NCBI GenBank assembly: GCA_026770705.1
Contig: JANJGN010000035.1
Coordinates: 8,990,001-9,054,000, forward strand
Length of the DNA stretch: 64,000 nucleotides
Direction: 5' to 3'
Origin: Isurus oxyrinchus
Lineage: Eukaryota
The notes beneath the pieces were generated by a model. It was not told the DNA's origin. It saw nothing but the letters and a program-made list of their open reading frames with translations, and searched no databases. Both the position numbers and the translations under genes were made by a program. Numbering within the stretch: position 1 is the stretch's first letter; the number at the start of each line of letters is the position of its first letter. This document shows, piece after piece, positions 1 to 12,830 of the stretch.

Positions 1-1560
1 GTCTTGCCTTATCAACAACGAATCACCGACATGTACATCAGTTGTAGCTAAATTTCTTTCATCCTGCTTATTGCTACACATGAATTTGTGTGGTTCCAAC
101 AAGTTCTACAAATCACTGTGCCATTTGTCTGGAAGGTAACTCAATATTACATTGAAAATTTTAAACATCCCTACATTATTCAAATTGATTAGTGGAAAGT
201 CAATTTCAGTATCCTTCATGTGTACCCGGCCTCCTTATTTATGACCAATGAAACCTTATGTTGAAAGTCTTCACTGTAAAATGCATTCTTAACATACTTA
301 CATGCCGGACCTCTGGCTTCATTCTTCTATCTTGAGTCTTTATTAAATAGCTGACTTCACTAAGCTTCTTCTCAATCTTGTAAGGTCTACTAAAACTTGC
401 CATTAATAGTTCATCCCAAACTCGTAACAAAACTGACACAGCTTTCCCCCGCAGCAAACCTATATGCTGTGGCTCTATCTTCTGTCTTGTGCTTCATCAC
501 CTGCTGTGATGTATTAAAATGTTCCTGCGGTAACTCACAAGCCCGGTTCAATCTTTTCCAGAACTTTGATAAATAATCCAGGAGCGTGGTTTCTGAATCT
601 GCTTTTTACTACATACAACCGTTTTATTTTCGGTCCTTTAGCTTTAACTATCAATTTCCTTGAGCTAAACACGTCAGCGTCACTCTCTTCCATTCTCTTT
701 TCCTGATCAATCTTATCAAAGATAAATGCCTCAATAAAATCATCAGTTTCTTTCCACTGCCTTTCAGTATTCCACTTCTGATTCAACTGATGACATTCGA
801 GTTGTGATCCGACAAAGTCTGGAAAAAAAAATCAAGCTATTTTTGTCGCAGCAGTTCTGTGTATTGCCGTTCCAGTGGCTTTACAAATATAGTAGGTTTC
901 ACCAACATATATGACCCAGCTATATAATTTTCTATGGTAAGTTGTAACAATGCAATGGACAAATTCTCAGCTACTCCTCCAATCGCTTTACCTGTTTTCA
1001 AACTTATTTTCAATTCACCTTACACAAAGGAAATGTATCGCCTTTCTATGAATTCCTTTAATTTATACATTTCTCTGACAAATATCCTCAGGACAACAAA
1101 TGTCGATTACCCATAGACTAAGCTCCCTTATTAACCTTTAGAATAATGAGGAAGTTAGACGAAAGCTTGAAACGTTTCTGCAACATATCTTTCAGCATGC
1201 GTTTGAATAGACTGTGAATCTATTTTCACACCTTTGGCTAACACTTGGGTTTGACCAAATTCCAAATAGCTTATCTTGTTCTTATCGTTTCACTTTACAG
1301 GAACTGTCATACTTCTTAGAAATTCCCTTTTAACCTCTAGCACTTTCATGCTATATGACCAAACTTATTACAATGCCAACATTTCAGCTTTCTTCAATAT
1401 CTCTCAGCACATTCCCCCATGTTTTGTGGCGATATTTTAGTCTGTGGCTTCGTTTTGATTTGGCCTACAAGATAAGTCAGTTTAACAACCGTTTGTCCTT
1501 GACATTGTGCCACAGCAAAAATCCCACTTCTAATCAATCGGATTAAAATTTCATTTCTCT
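1..1560 (-). mobile_element. Decayed, internally deleted Ty3/Gypsy LTR retrotransposon (Gmr1-type: gag-PR-INT-RT order)
   Basis: Minus-strand translations give a protease-region-like segment (KTGKAIGGVAENLSI..ENYIAGS, ~900-1010), an integrase C-terminal GPY/F module (RPYKIEKKLSEVSYLIKTQDRR..HVSML, ~280-390), then the linker and RT start (LSYLPDKWHSDL*NLL..DVHVGDSLLIRQ, 1-220). Stops and frameshifts are present. Confidence 0.7.
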
Positions 1561-4500
1561 GCATTTTTATTTACTTTAACTGAATACGATCTAAATGAAA
1601 TAAAACACAAACAATCACCTGCTCATTACTATCTCTGAGGTTCAAGGCTGCTAATGTCATTTTCTATAGAATTGGCAATAATTGTAATTGCAAAAAGAAA
1701 AACAAATAGTCATGGAACAATACGCAGAGCCAATAACCCATTAGGCCCTTGGAGTAACATTCAGACTCAAACAGTTAAACTCCGCTTCTAGTTACCTCGA
1801 AATTAACACACCCACACCGTCTACCCCACCCCCCCCCCCCCCGCCCATTTCCTACCTGACATTCTGAATAACACTCCGTGAGACCAATAAGCATGAATTG
1901 GCCTTCAGAATTTTGTTCTCAAACTTGGAGAATTGGAGGTCAGGAAGCCACGAGCACTTTTTACGGCACCAGCTGCAGTTAGACTGGAAAGATAAACGGT
2001 CAAGCCAGCTTAATAAAACAGTGGGGTTGGGGGTGGGGTTGGGGCGGGGGGGGGTGGCGTGCGTTCATTTTTCCTTCAGGTAATTGCACAGAATTAGATT
2101 TGTGTGTGTGGTCATGGGGTACGTGCTTTCAATTGGTCACTGGTGAGGGTCGGATGATCAGCGATGTTGGTCACTGAGTGGGGTGGATATTGGGAAGTCG
2201 AGTGGTCAGTGAAGGGAGTCAGGTGATTTGTGGGTGCGGTCAGTTGGCTGCAGGGCGGTTTGGTGAACGGTTTTTTTTTTTGTCAGGGGATGTTCATTAT
2301 GTCAGAGGGTGCATTGGGGAAGAGTGCCCGGTAGTGAATGGACTGCATGGTGAGTAGGGATGTGCGGAGGGTTGTAGGGGTGCAGGTTGTCCATGTGGTG
2401 GCTGGACGGAGTTGGGGAAAGCCCCGTTGGTGGAACTGGATTGGTGCATCCACCTCTGAGTCCTGGGACCGCTGTGAGTCCTGTGTTGGGCATGGAGGGT
2501 CCACGGACTTACCTGGGGCTGTTGTATCCCATGGGTCTTTGTGATGGGTTTGGGGGTGGGACGGGGGCTTGTGGGGGGTGCGAGAATGGAAGTGCTACTG
2601 GTACATAGCATCTTAACAGTATTTTTCAAATTCTGTTAAGCTTTCTGTGGAACTATTAATGGGAGATAATCAAAACCAATCCAATTTTCAGAATTTTAGG
2701 TTCGGTTGATCCCAAAAGTTGTGTGTTTGCCCAATGGAAATTTGAACTTCGCAGCAAGTGTACTGTAATCATTTCCTGCTTGGTCGTGGCGTCCCATTTG
2801 TGCTGTGGTCCGAACTCAGAATTTACAGACCACGGAAAGAATGAAGAATATTTAATGCACACTTGATTTCAATTTAGTTTGATAATCCTGCTGTGCTTTA
2901 TGCATATTTATTCAGTAAACATTCTTCCATTCTGGTCACCAAATAGGGAGTAGAATTTTTTTTTAGTGGTGTTTTAAACACTAAGCTAAAATTTAACTGC
3001 ATTTGTACTTCTATTCAAATAAATATCTTCAAAAGCACTTTGTCTTCACGACGTCGCAGGGCACTTATTAATTCTAATGTATTTGTCCCTCAGAATCAGA
3101 AATCCTTTCTAATCGAACCAGGAGCAAATTTGTTTATTGTAAATAAGATCAGAGTTAAATACGTTGAATTAAAAAATGGCTTGGGAGCCGCGACGTTTGA
3201 TTCATGCTCCGCTGGCAACAGTTCCACTGGAAATCGAACACAGTGTCGGCCTCCATCTGAAGATCATTACGACAAATGTTCTGATTAATTGGTGAATCCC
3301 ATAACGAGATTTACAGACCGGCCACTCAAAACATTTTGCAGTTGGGCGCGGCTCATCTGAGTTCAGTTCACAGAATAAGTGAGAAATAAAATGCAATTGA
3401 GCAGATAATGAATCAACTAATGATAGCGGAGCGTAGAACTGAGCGATAAAGCTGGCAAATATTTGAGAAAACGAAAAAAAGTAAGTCATGTTAGGTTTAA
3501 AAGCTCTGCATTTGAATTCCACAAAGTCCATTGTCAAATGGAAGAAATTAGAGCACAAATAAGAAGAAATGACTATAATGTAATAGCTATTACAGAGACT
3601 TGGCTACAATTGACCCAGGTTCGACCCTATAAATTCAAGGCTTTTTGAGACCGAGAATAACAGAATGGAGCAAGAAAGGCGCCAGGATTTCGCTATTAAT
3701 ATACACTCAGATGCTTACAATAGTGAGCTGGTGCCTCATTTCAGGAGATCTGTTTGAATGGAAATAGTGAATCCCAAATTAATGAAGTCACTGATAGGAT
3801 AGGTTACTTGCTCCCACCCACTCATCACCCTCAGCATCACGCACCCCGCCAACACCCTTCATTTCCACCGCAAGTGCAGCTACATAATAGCACGAACTGA
3901 AATTGAACAAATACTGTGGCTTCAAAGAAATGCATTTCATTAAACTTTGTGACACGAAACTTCACATCATTGGAAAAACAAAATTGCCTTTGGTGCGCTA
4001 AAGGATGAGTTCATAGAATGCAATGGGGACAGTATTTTCCTGCAATACTTCGTGGAAGCTATCAGGCGCCTGACTAATTCGGGAGCAGTGGTCTGTAATA
4101 AAAAAAATGTTCCCTAATTCTAGAGAAAAAAATAAGAGAAGAGAAATAGCTAATGGAATTTCATAATGAGCTTTCTGGGCCTGATATCCCTCAGTTTAGG
4201 AATTAAATAAAAAAAAAGCTGTAGAAATAATGGCGTATTGCTAAAACAATAGCAATAGAAATCTTTCAAATAAGCCAGCAATTCTGGCAAGTTACTAGTG
4301 GTTTGAAAGCAAGAAAGGAGCAAGAATGAAAACACGTATCTATAGTTCAGGTAATCTATTGTATTTCACCGGAAAGTGCTAGAACACATTATTAAGGGAA
4401 TAGCAGCAGAACATTTCGACAATAATAATGGAGTCGGGCAGATGCTACATATTCTAGTGAAAGCGAACTTTTGTTTTACACAGGTGTTGGAGTACTTTGA

Positions 4501-4715
4501 AAATGTATTAGGCAGCGTGGATAAAGCCGAAGCAGACGACTTATTTTAACTGGATTTTCAAAATTCATTCGATCAGTACATCAATTAAAGCAAAAGTCTG
4601 CAGACGTTGGTAATCTTAAATGAAATAAGGAAACGTTGAGGAATAAAAAATCGGCAGCTCAGCAGGTCGGCAGAATCTGTAGAGAGAGAAACAGGATTAA
4701 TGGTTTGATACAGAG

Positions 4716-4886
4716 AAAAAAAAAGAAAAAACTGCGGATGCTGGAAATCCAAAACAAAAACAGAATTACCTGGAGAAACTCAGCAGGTCTGGCAGCATCA
4801 GCGGAGAAGCTCTGTTGAAGGGTCATGAGTACTCGAAACGTCAACTCTTTTCTTCTCCGCTGCCAGACCTGCTGAGTTTTTCCAGA
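4716..4886. mobile_element. Young Penelope-like (PLE) terminal-repeat fragments in inverted arrangement, nested in an older PLE-end copy (~4588-4895)
   Basis: aaaactgcggatgctggaaatccaaaac...ctcagcaggtctggcagcatcagcggagaag is followed by its reverse complement cttctccgctgccagacctgctgag. The same family occurs at 56980, 61926 and 62372. The flanks (gcaaaagtctgcagacgttgg..cagcaggtcggcagaatctgtagagagag) are a diverged relative. Confidence 0.7.
4808..4846 (+). ncRNA. Minimal type I hammerhead-ribozyme-like motif (variant core CUGUUGA)
   Basis: AGCT-CTGTTGA-A-GGGTC..TACTC-GAAAC-GTC-AACT: stem I (one mismatch), core 3-9, stem II, GAAA, loopless stem III and a GUC cleavage triplet. Confidence 0.55.
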
Positions 4887-6436
4887 CTTTCGACAGAAAT
4901 AGGTCATTTTCAAGTTGTAATGTTTAACTAATGGACTGGGAGAGGAATGAGTATTAAGGCCTCAACAATTGCTGATGCATATTATACACGTGGAAGAAAA
5001 GGGCAACAGTGCCGAAGCCAAATTTAAGACAAGTTCAATTGGCCAGTACAACTTGAGGCAGACATTAATGTATGTGGAGAGCATAAGCAATTTGAAACAT
5101 ACTTGATACATTGAACGTGTTGTGGACAATTATGATGTTATGCACTTTGACAGAAAGAACAGGGAAGGCAAAAACATAGCTTTATGGCAAGAGGCTGCAG
5201 AATGTTCTGGCCCAAAGGGGCATTCCTAAAATTGCAGGTGAAACATAATCATGTCAGCCATCTGGTAAAGCAAGTAATTAGTAAAGCAAACGACATATGG
5301 ACCTTTATTAGAAGAGCAATGCAGAAGAAAGGAGGCAGTAGTGAAGTCTTGATTAAACAGTGCAGGTCATTGGTTAGAAAACAAGTAGTGTACCGTAAAC
5401 AGTTTTGATCACCATGCATCAAGAGCCCACAAGATATAATTGAATTGGGAGTAGTTCACACAAGGTTGATTCGGAGATTTCCTGATAGGGTGTTTGAATT
5501 GTTAGGAAGTGTAGAGCAGGTTGGGATTACACCCGTTGCTATTTTGAAAAAAGAAGTGTTGATTTTATTGAAGAGTTTATAACTCTGTATGGGCTTGACA
5601 GGGTATATACTGAGTTGATGTTTCCCATTCAGAATTAATTTAGATCCAGGTTTCGTTGTTCTAAAAAAAAGGAGCCGCCCATTTCAGACGGAAATCCGGA
5701 GGAACCTCTGGTTTCTGAAATTAGGTTAAGTTCCTTATTACCTCCAGAGGCTAGTAGAGGAGCTTTAATCATTAAACGTATTCACAAATAAGCGACACAA
5801 TTTTCTGATTGACAGGGAATTCAAAACATGGGGGGCTGTGGCGGGCCAGCAGGCAGGAATGTGGGGTTAAGTCCACAGCCATTCATGATTTGAACGGTGG
5901 AGTGTGCCTTGGCGGCCGAATTGTTTCCTCTTTTGACACTTATTGATAATGTGCACATGTTGTTATCACTTATTCAAGTATCTAACCCCATCTATTTAGT
6001 ACTTCCCAGAACGTATTCGTGATTGATATATTGACATAGGGTCGTAATTTGAATTAAAATCGAAAGTTTACTTCTGTCTCTATATTTGCATGAATATCAA
6101 CGACAAAGTATCGTCCGACACTATGTCAGTAGTATCGTGACGGTCGTGAACATATTTATTGTTTAAAATGCACCGACATGAAACAAATGAGCCAACTGAT
6201 TATCTCAATATTGATCACAGGATCGCTATTTGCGCATACGTCCGTCTCTGTTTAAATGCATTATAAACCCGAGCGTAATTCAAGTGCATTTCATTCCTTC
6301 TGAAGTTCGTTGGGTGGTTTTGCGAATATGCAAAACCTTATCAGCACAGGCCCTACTTGTTTCTGATTGAATGATACATCTTGAAGGCGGATGTGTGTTG
6401 AAACTTAGTTTAAAGTGCATTTGCTTTCTTCTTCAG

Positions 6437-6535
6437 ATAAGTATTATGCAAATCGTACAGGAGCTGTGCAAGAGACCTGGGCTGAACAAATCTGGCTTTG
6501 ACAGGCAGCCCATCTGTATTCCAGATCCAAACAAA
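6437..6535 (+). pseudogene. Exon of an EHD/sarcalumenin-like dynamin-superfamily GTPase (uncharacterised family; recalled zebrafish member si:dkey-98f17.5)
   Basis: ttcttcag acceptor and gtaggg donor enclose 99 nt, phase 0/0: ISIMQIVQELCKRPGLNKSGFDRQPICIPDPNK. This matches the recalled family motif RVMMQIVQELCKRPGLNKCGFDMPTIYIPNPxK. Confidence 0.75.
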
Positions 6536-8093
6536 GTAGGGTTGTCTGTTTCCACATCAATAAGTATGCAAGGCCGACAGAATGTGTTTTTAAACAGGCA
6601 GTGCAGATTACTCGTTATGTTTATTTTTGATTACTTCCTTGTAGGAATCCCGTGGCCTGAGGACCGTCATCAATAAGATGGATGTAGTTGGAGGCAATTC
6701 AGAATTTGCAACCTGCTCTGCTCTGGAATCAGTGACTCAACTTAGTGAGCATTAAGGGTTATTTGAATGAGATGCTGGAACATTAACCGAGTTGCATACA
6801 GCAGCATAAAGCGTAAAAGCTGGGAATTTAAATCATTTTCTAGTCTATTCTTCCAATAGGTAATATTTTTGCTCTTCCCATGAGAGAAGAGGGCAACGAC
6901 CATCTACTTCAATCTCAGGTACCTGAAATGAAGTACACCTTAATTGAAGTCAGTTGGCGAATGCCACTTTATTGATTCAATCTTGTAGGGGGAAAAAATA
7001 AACACAACGGGGCCTCTGCCGAGTGTGGAAAAAATGCAGCTTGAATGTATTTGGAGATGCTTGCTGCTTTTCCTCTTCATTTTGTAACAACTTTGAAGGG
7101 AGCGGAGCACTTAGAAGAAATGTTTGTGTTGCACCAGTGCATCCTGCAACACATTCCTGCAGGAGCTGCCTCGGTGAGTATTAGAGCGGCTATAACTAAG
7201 TATAAAGCAGGCTCATTTATGAAATCATCTCACTGTCAGAGATGTCTTTCATTTTTTTTAACAGCGGGGTGATGCATTTCTTGTGGATTCCAGGGATGTG
7301 CTTATAATGTAGGAAAACGCATTCATAGATTGAAAACAGGGAGCGAATATGTGCCATAATGAATAAATCATTGAAACTGCACATGGCTTGCTGTACGGAC
7401 TATTGGTGCGTGAAAATCCGATTTATTATCGATACAGCATTTGTAAAGTATGACCTCCATTCCTTATAATATCTATGTGGTGTGGTTCCACGTGGACAAC
7501 ACCCAATTTTGGAGGCACAGTAGGTGAGTGCTATGAAGGCTGGAGATGAAATTCAGAAGGGGAAGGACCAATATAACATCAAATCTCAAGATTCCCTGGG
7601 ATCAGTATCGGGCGCGTTTATTGAAATTTCCAAAAATCAAATTATAGCACAGTGAATGTATTATTCCTAATGTTGAAACAGGCATGCCATCTTCAAGTTT
7701 AGTTTTCAAAGGGTCCCTGTTTTCTGTAAACTTAATGATACTTCCGTCTGAATTTTCTAGCCGTTGGTCGCATTTTGAACTTCAGCATTTAATATTAACC
7801 ACAATGTAAAGCTTGTGACTGTGTAATTCCGCCCCTACACAAACAACCTGATTTGTTTTGCCTGGAAGCCATCGAAAATCAGCTGATATTCCAATTTCGC
7901 ACGATAGACAACATTTACATTTCCGATTATCCTTTAATTTGGTGGAACCTGAGGTTCTATGACCTCACAATGAATTGCCAACAGTAGTACTGGGAGTGGG
8001 TAAGAGGCATTTTACCTAAAGATCGTTTGGATGAGAAACGTATATTGTCTTTGTTCTGTTTCCTATGCCTCTCCAAATCATTTACGCTGCCAC

Positions 8094-8239
8094 GCAATAC
8101 GGTATGTCAATCACATGCATGGAGTCTGCAGAACAATAGAAAAGACGCTCAATCAAACAGTTCAAAATACGCCTAATCAGCTCGAGAATTATTGTGAATT
8201 GATCATCAACAGAATTAGATGCCGGTTCTAGGAGAACAT
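8094..8239 (+). pseudogene. Next exon of the same GTPase-like gene, disabled
   Basis: AIRYVNHMHGVCRTIEKTLNQTVQNTPNQLENYCELIINRIRCRF*EN resembles the recalled PSRCVNQIDGVCRTIEKTINQxVQxTLNQLEKDCDLI. The acceptor reads cac instead of cag (8091-8093), there is an in-frame TAG at 8229-8231, and the donor gtgata is at 8240. Confidence 0.75.
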
Positions 8240-8439
8240 GTGATATTGTAACATATTTTCTATTCAGGGTAGGCATTATACTTGACGAATAGCAATTAGA
8301 TCAAAAAGGTTGTGCAAAGTGGTACCAAAAAATAAAACATCATAAGTAAAGAGGTGAAAGTGACAATCATTCAACTATGTGTAATACAAGGAAACGTGGA
8401 ACCACACTCTCCCAGCAAGTGCTAACTATGGCATTACGT

Positions 8440-10320
8440 TCATTACTTCGCATTGAACTTGAAGTGGACTCTTAGGAGAAGCAGGTGGTGAAAGCTTGGC
8501 CTCAGGCTTACTAGCTTCTGACTTTTACTTAAACCGCCACATGCAGATGGCTGGTCAATGGTGATTCTCCAAGATGCTGCCTCGTCGTGATGGGAATTGC
8601 ACGACCGCCTCCATTATGCTAGGTTCTGAGTGCAACCAGCGGACAATTTCACTCCTGATTACCGTTGGATCGAGTACTGCTCAGGCCCCTTGATGTAAGA
8701 GTCAGTCAAACGTTGAATTGATGTTACCGGCTTTAATTCTCGCCTCAACACGGGAGTGCAGCCCTTTACCCATATTTGAACCCTGGTTCTAATGTGGTGG
8801 GGACCTGAGTGGCCCTGGTGAAACCCAGACTGGGCAGTGAGAACGTTATTGCTAAGCAAGTGACGCTTGACAACATTGCTGATGGGCCTTCCATAACTTT
8901 GCTTATGATCAAGAGAAGACCGATGGGGTAATGGGCTCTTTTGGATTCGTCTTGTTTTTTTGTCTACAAGACACACATGGTCAAGTTTCCACATAGCTGG
9001 GTAGATGCCAGGGTTGTACATGTACAGTGACAGCTTGGCTAGGGGTGCAGCAAGTTCTGGAGCACAAATCGTCAGTATGGTAGCTGGAATGTTGTCTGGG
9101 CCCGTGGCCTTTTGATTTTTCTTGATACGACGTGGAGTGAAATGAACCAGTCCTAGACTTGCATCTGTGATGCAGTGCATTTCCAGAGGATGCTCAAATG
9201 AATCATCCACTCGTCACTTCTGTCTTTAAGTGGAGAAAATGGAATACCCTAATGCTTTTCAATGATGTGCTGGACTCCTCTATCATTGCGGATGGAGTTA
9301 ATTGAGAAGCATACCCTTCATTGCGTTGTTTTCTTTTCAACCACCATTCATGACTGGAAGTGGCAGAACTGCGGTCTGTTGATTGTGTATTCCTGTAGGT
9401 CTGTCCTTCACTTGCTGCACATGCTGTTTGGCACGCAAGTGGAGCTGTGATACAGCTCTACGATGTTATCACACAATTTTTAGGTGTGCATTTTGTTCTT
9501 CCTGTTATTCACTCCTGCACTCTTTGTTCAAACAGGTTTTCTCTCCTCGCTTGATGTTAATCATGTAACGTTGGTTATGCCGGGCCACGTGGTTACTTAT
9601 TGTGCTCAGATACAATTCAGTTGCTGCTGATAGCTTACTGCACCTCAAGAATTTCTGGTCAATATTTAGGCCTGTGCGAAATCCATCGAATTTATCTCCA
9701 TGGTATTGCCAAACAAACGTGATGGAGGGGTATCCTCAATGTGACGGTGTGACTTTCATCCCACAACATATTGTCGTAATTTCTACTGATACTGTCACAG
9801 ACAGATGCATCTGCTGCAGGCAGACTGCTGAGAATGGGGTCGTGTGATTTCCCTCACCACCTGCTGCAGACACAGTCTAAAAGATACAACGCTTTGGACT
9901 CGGCCAGCTCTATCAGTAGTGGTGCTAATGAACTACCTAGAACACATTTGTTGCTCTTGCCATCCTCAGTGATTCCACCAAGTATTTTTCAACATGGAGG
10001 AGTGCTGATTCATTAACTGTGGGAGGACAGCACTTTGCATTCAGCAGGTGGTTTCCTTGCTCACGTTGGACCTGATGCCTTGAAACACCATGGGGTCGGG
10101 AAACGAATTTTCAGACTCCCAGTGCAAGTCCCCCCTGCCTATATACGAGTATACCAGCACCTATGCTGGACCTGTCCATATGGTAGCATAAAACTCACTC
10201 AGGGACAGTGATGATGGCTCCTGGGCCATTATATGTATTGCATGATTCCATGAGGATGCCATTGTCAGGCTGTGGCTTGAATATACTGTGAGAGAGTGCT
10301 CCCAATTTTGGCACTATTCT
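8440..10320 (-). mobile_element. Decayed L2/CR1-group non-LTR retrotransposon (EN-RT ORF2)
   Basis: KATGPDNIPATILTICAPELAAPLAKL..YNPGIYPAMWK and LLSNNVLTAQSGFHQGHS (RT domains) in ORF 8659-9210. Confidence 0.8.
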
Positions 10321-10597
10321 GTGGCTCTGCACTCAGGCAGCTGTCAATTTCGTCCTATCAAGTCTGTAATTCTTTTTTTAAAAACAGTTTCACACCTGAC
10401 GTGATTCCTACCTTGAAGGCGTCTTTTTGCTTTCAGACCGTATTCTTGCCCTCTGCGGGTTGTTATTTGTCACAACCAGCATTTAAATAGACATTTAGGC
10501 AACGTGCTCGAGTTCCCAACCTTTTGAGCCACTAGGCCATGGTATTAACGAAAACGAGCATGATGGCACCAGGAAGGCAACCCGACGTCATCACGTC

Positions 10598-11070
10598 ATT
10601 CGCTGATGATTGTGCAATGTTGAACTACATTAACGACTCTTCATATACTGAAACAGTCAATGCCCAAATTCAGCAATTTCTGGCAAATATGCAGCTTTGA
10701 CTGAAAGATGCCAAGTGACATTCATGCCACACAAGTATAATCCAACAACCATCTCCAAAAAGAATGAAACCAACCATTGGCACTTGACTGTCAGTGGCAT
10801 TACCATTGTTGGATCATCCCACTACCAACTTCCTGTGTGTTACCATTAGGCAGAAACCGTTCTGGACTCTCCATATGTATTTATGTATAGTGGCCAGAAG
10901 AGAAGATTAGAGGCTCGGGATTCTGCGAATAGTAACTCACCTCCAGACCACCTCAAATCCTGATCACCTTCTGCAAAGAACACTTCAGGAGTGTGATAGA
11001 ATGTGCTCCAATTCCCTAGATGCGTGCAGCTTCAATACCATTAAAAAAAACAAAAACAATAAAAACATTA
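10598..11070 (+). mobile_element. 3' fragment of the same L2/CR1-group LINE family
   Basis: ttcgctgatgattgtgca encodes FADDC (RT catalytic motif). The downstream sequence parallels 20600-21050. Confidence 0.6.
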
Positions 11071-12129
11071 CCCACAGTGAAGGCCTGTGCGCAGGTTTGT
11101 GGAGGAGGGGAACTTGTATTATTCTTACCTCGTATGTTAGTTGGACAACCACTATGCAATTTGTCATTAATTAGAGGTAACATAGTGTAGCATGTGATCC
11201 CGTCCACAATGTTACTAATTACAGAACTGATTCTAAAATGAGAAATATATCCATAGAGCATATAGGGGATGATGGCATGATACTGACAGATGAACATGCA
11301 GCTTAAGTAATGTCCTTGTTCCCATTCGTTATGATGTAATGTAATGTCGCACTGCAATCTATTTTTAATATTAGATTTTTACCGTGGAGTTTCTGGCGCA
11401 TTTATCGTTGTCCCAAGCAATGAAAACAATATTTCTGAGTATAATTTCAGTAAAAAGGCGTCGAAGAACAGGAGGGCATGGATCAAGCATATGCTTTCAG
11501 CTCCATGACATACCTGGAAGCATTGTCCCTACTGGCAAGTTTTATCACTTCAAACACATCAAGGGAACACCTCACTGATATTATGGGAGAGGACGTGGCA
11601 ACTATTTCACTTATCTAGGCGGCATATGTCTCTTATTTTTGGGGGGAAATCGAGTGGGAGATTTGGCTCAGCAGCTTCTCCGTGCGATGTGAGGGTTGTT
11701 TCATACTGTGTGTCTCAGTAAATATGCACTACATGATTTAGATGGATAGAAGTTCAAAGTCACTGCCTTGCAAGATTATGAATGGTCATGAAATTATGAA
11801 TATTGAATTCTGAGATCCTGGCTTCCCTGCCAGCGTTATTCCTTGGGTGGGCTGGTGGAGATCGAGGTCTGAAATAGGGAAAATAATGTAACCAATGGGT
11901 TCCCAACAACCTGAACTGCCAAACGGTTTTCCAGAAGGAGTACATGAGGGCCTCAGACAATCCGATGTGTCTTCCCAAGTTGCAGTCCTTAAGTGGTCAA
12001 TTAGTAACCGTTTAAAGAACATTCCCATCTCAACTACAATGTTTATGCTGGTGGGCACATTTTGCTGACGTGGAGGAAGACAGTTAAAATCAATAATATG
12101 CCTTGGGCAGAAATCAGGATCCCCTTTCT

Positions 12130-12830
12130 GAACCCCGATCTAACTTTGAGGACAACCTCCACTCTCTAATCGTCCGGTGGGGGCTGTTATACCGTATCCA
12201 ACTGCCAAACCCACACTCCACTCCCCCGACCCTACCTCAATCTACCCAAACCACACTCTCCTCTATCACTTACAGCGTCGTTTATCCCGACACCCCGTTT
12301 GCCCACCATGCACTCTTGAAGTCTTTCAGCCCCTCTGCGTCCTGAGCTCACGAAAAATAAACCTTCCCGCAATTCCTGATACCGAGGCTCTTTAGCTCTC
12401 ATGAATTATTTTTTTCTGCCCATTGCACATCCAGAAACTGTAGGGATTTAAGAGCTGCCACACAATCCGATTGGCTGGCAGTTCAACAAAGCGGGTCTTC
12501 CATGCGGGTGAGGAGAATATATCCCCCCAGCAGCCAACTGACGATTGAAAACGAAAAAAAGGAAAACACCACATTGTTTGCTGCCTTACATAGAAATCAT
12601 TTACCTGTTTTTCTATTCTTTTCCAGAGATGAATATTCTTCTCCATCGCGATTTGAATCTCCTCAGTGCTTAATTTCTTTTCCTACTATTCTGATCCGAC
12701 CGCTTTTCCCTTCAGCTCAGAATCACAATAGCTTTCCTCACTTCTTCACTTTGCATTCCATTAACCCTCAAAATAAAGAGGCCGCCCTACAAACTCCAGT
12801 GACCTAAGCATGCCAGTAGTTCTGCAACAA
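12130..12830 (+). mobile_element. Highly decayed Penelope-like element ORF remnant
   Basis: Frame-broken peptides LPKPH (cf. LPKIHK), FSP..IPDT (cf. FSPLVQSLPTYIRDT) and PSAQNHNSFPHFFTLHS (cf. the PLE linker PPSQNRDRVPLVLTFHP). A worn PLE-end-like stretch follows at ~13580-13670. Confidence 0.45.

Larger units (their letters stand above)
3440..5930 (+). mobile_element. Decayed CR1 LINE (ORF2 endonuclease to 3' end), interrupted by Penelope-like termini at ~4590-4900
   Basis: APE endonuclease motif DYNVIAITETWLQ (ORF 3463-3648), degenerate RT segments (~4440-4575), a C-terminal LIKQCRSLVRKQVVYRKQF-like motif (CR1 LY.SLVRP.LEYC.QFW), and a CR1-like 3' end (ggccgaattgtttcctct). Confidence 0.75.

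Noticed and set aside
2020-2630. Cluster of overlapping ORFs on both strands
   Set aside because: G/T-rich low-complexity sequence that lacks stops by composition; no recognisable domain.
7045-7180. ORF with a strong donor CG|gtgagt within the pseudogene intron
   Set aside because: The peptide does not fit the GTPase family and the sequence resembles a worn L2 3' region.
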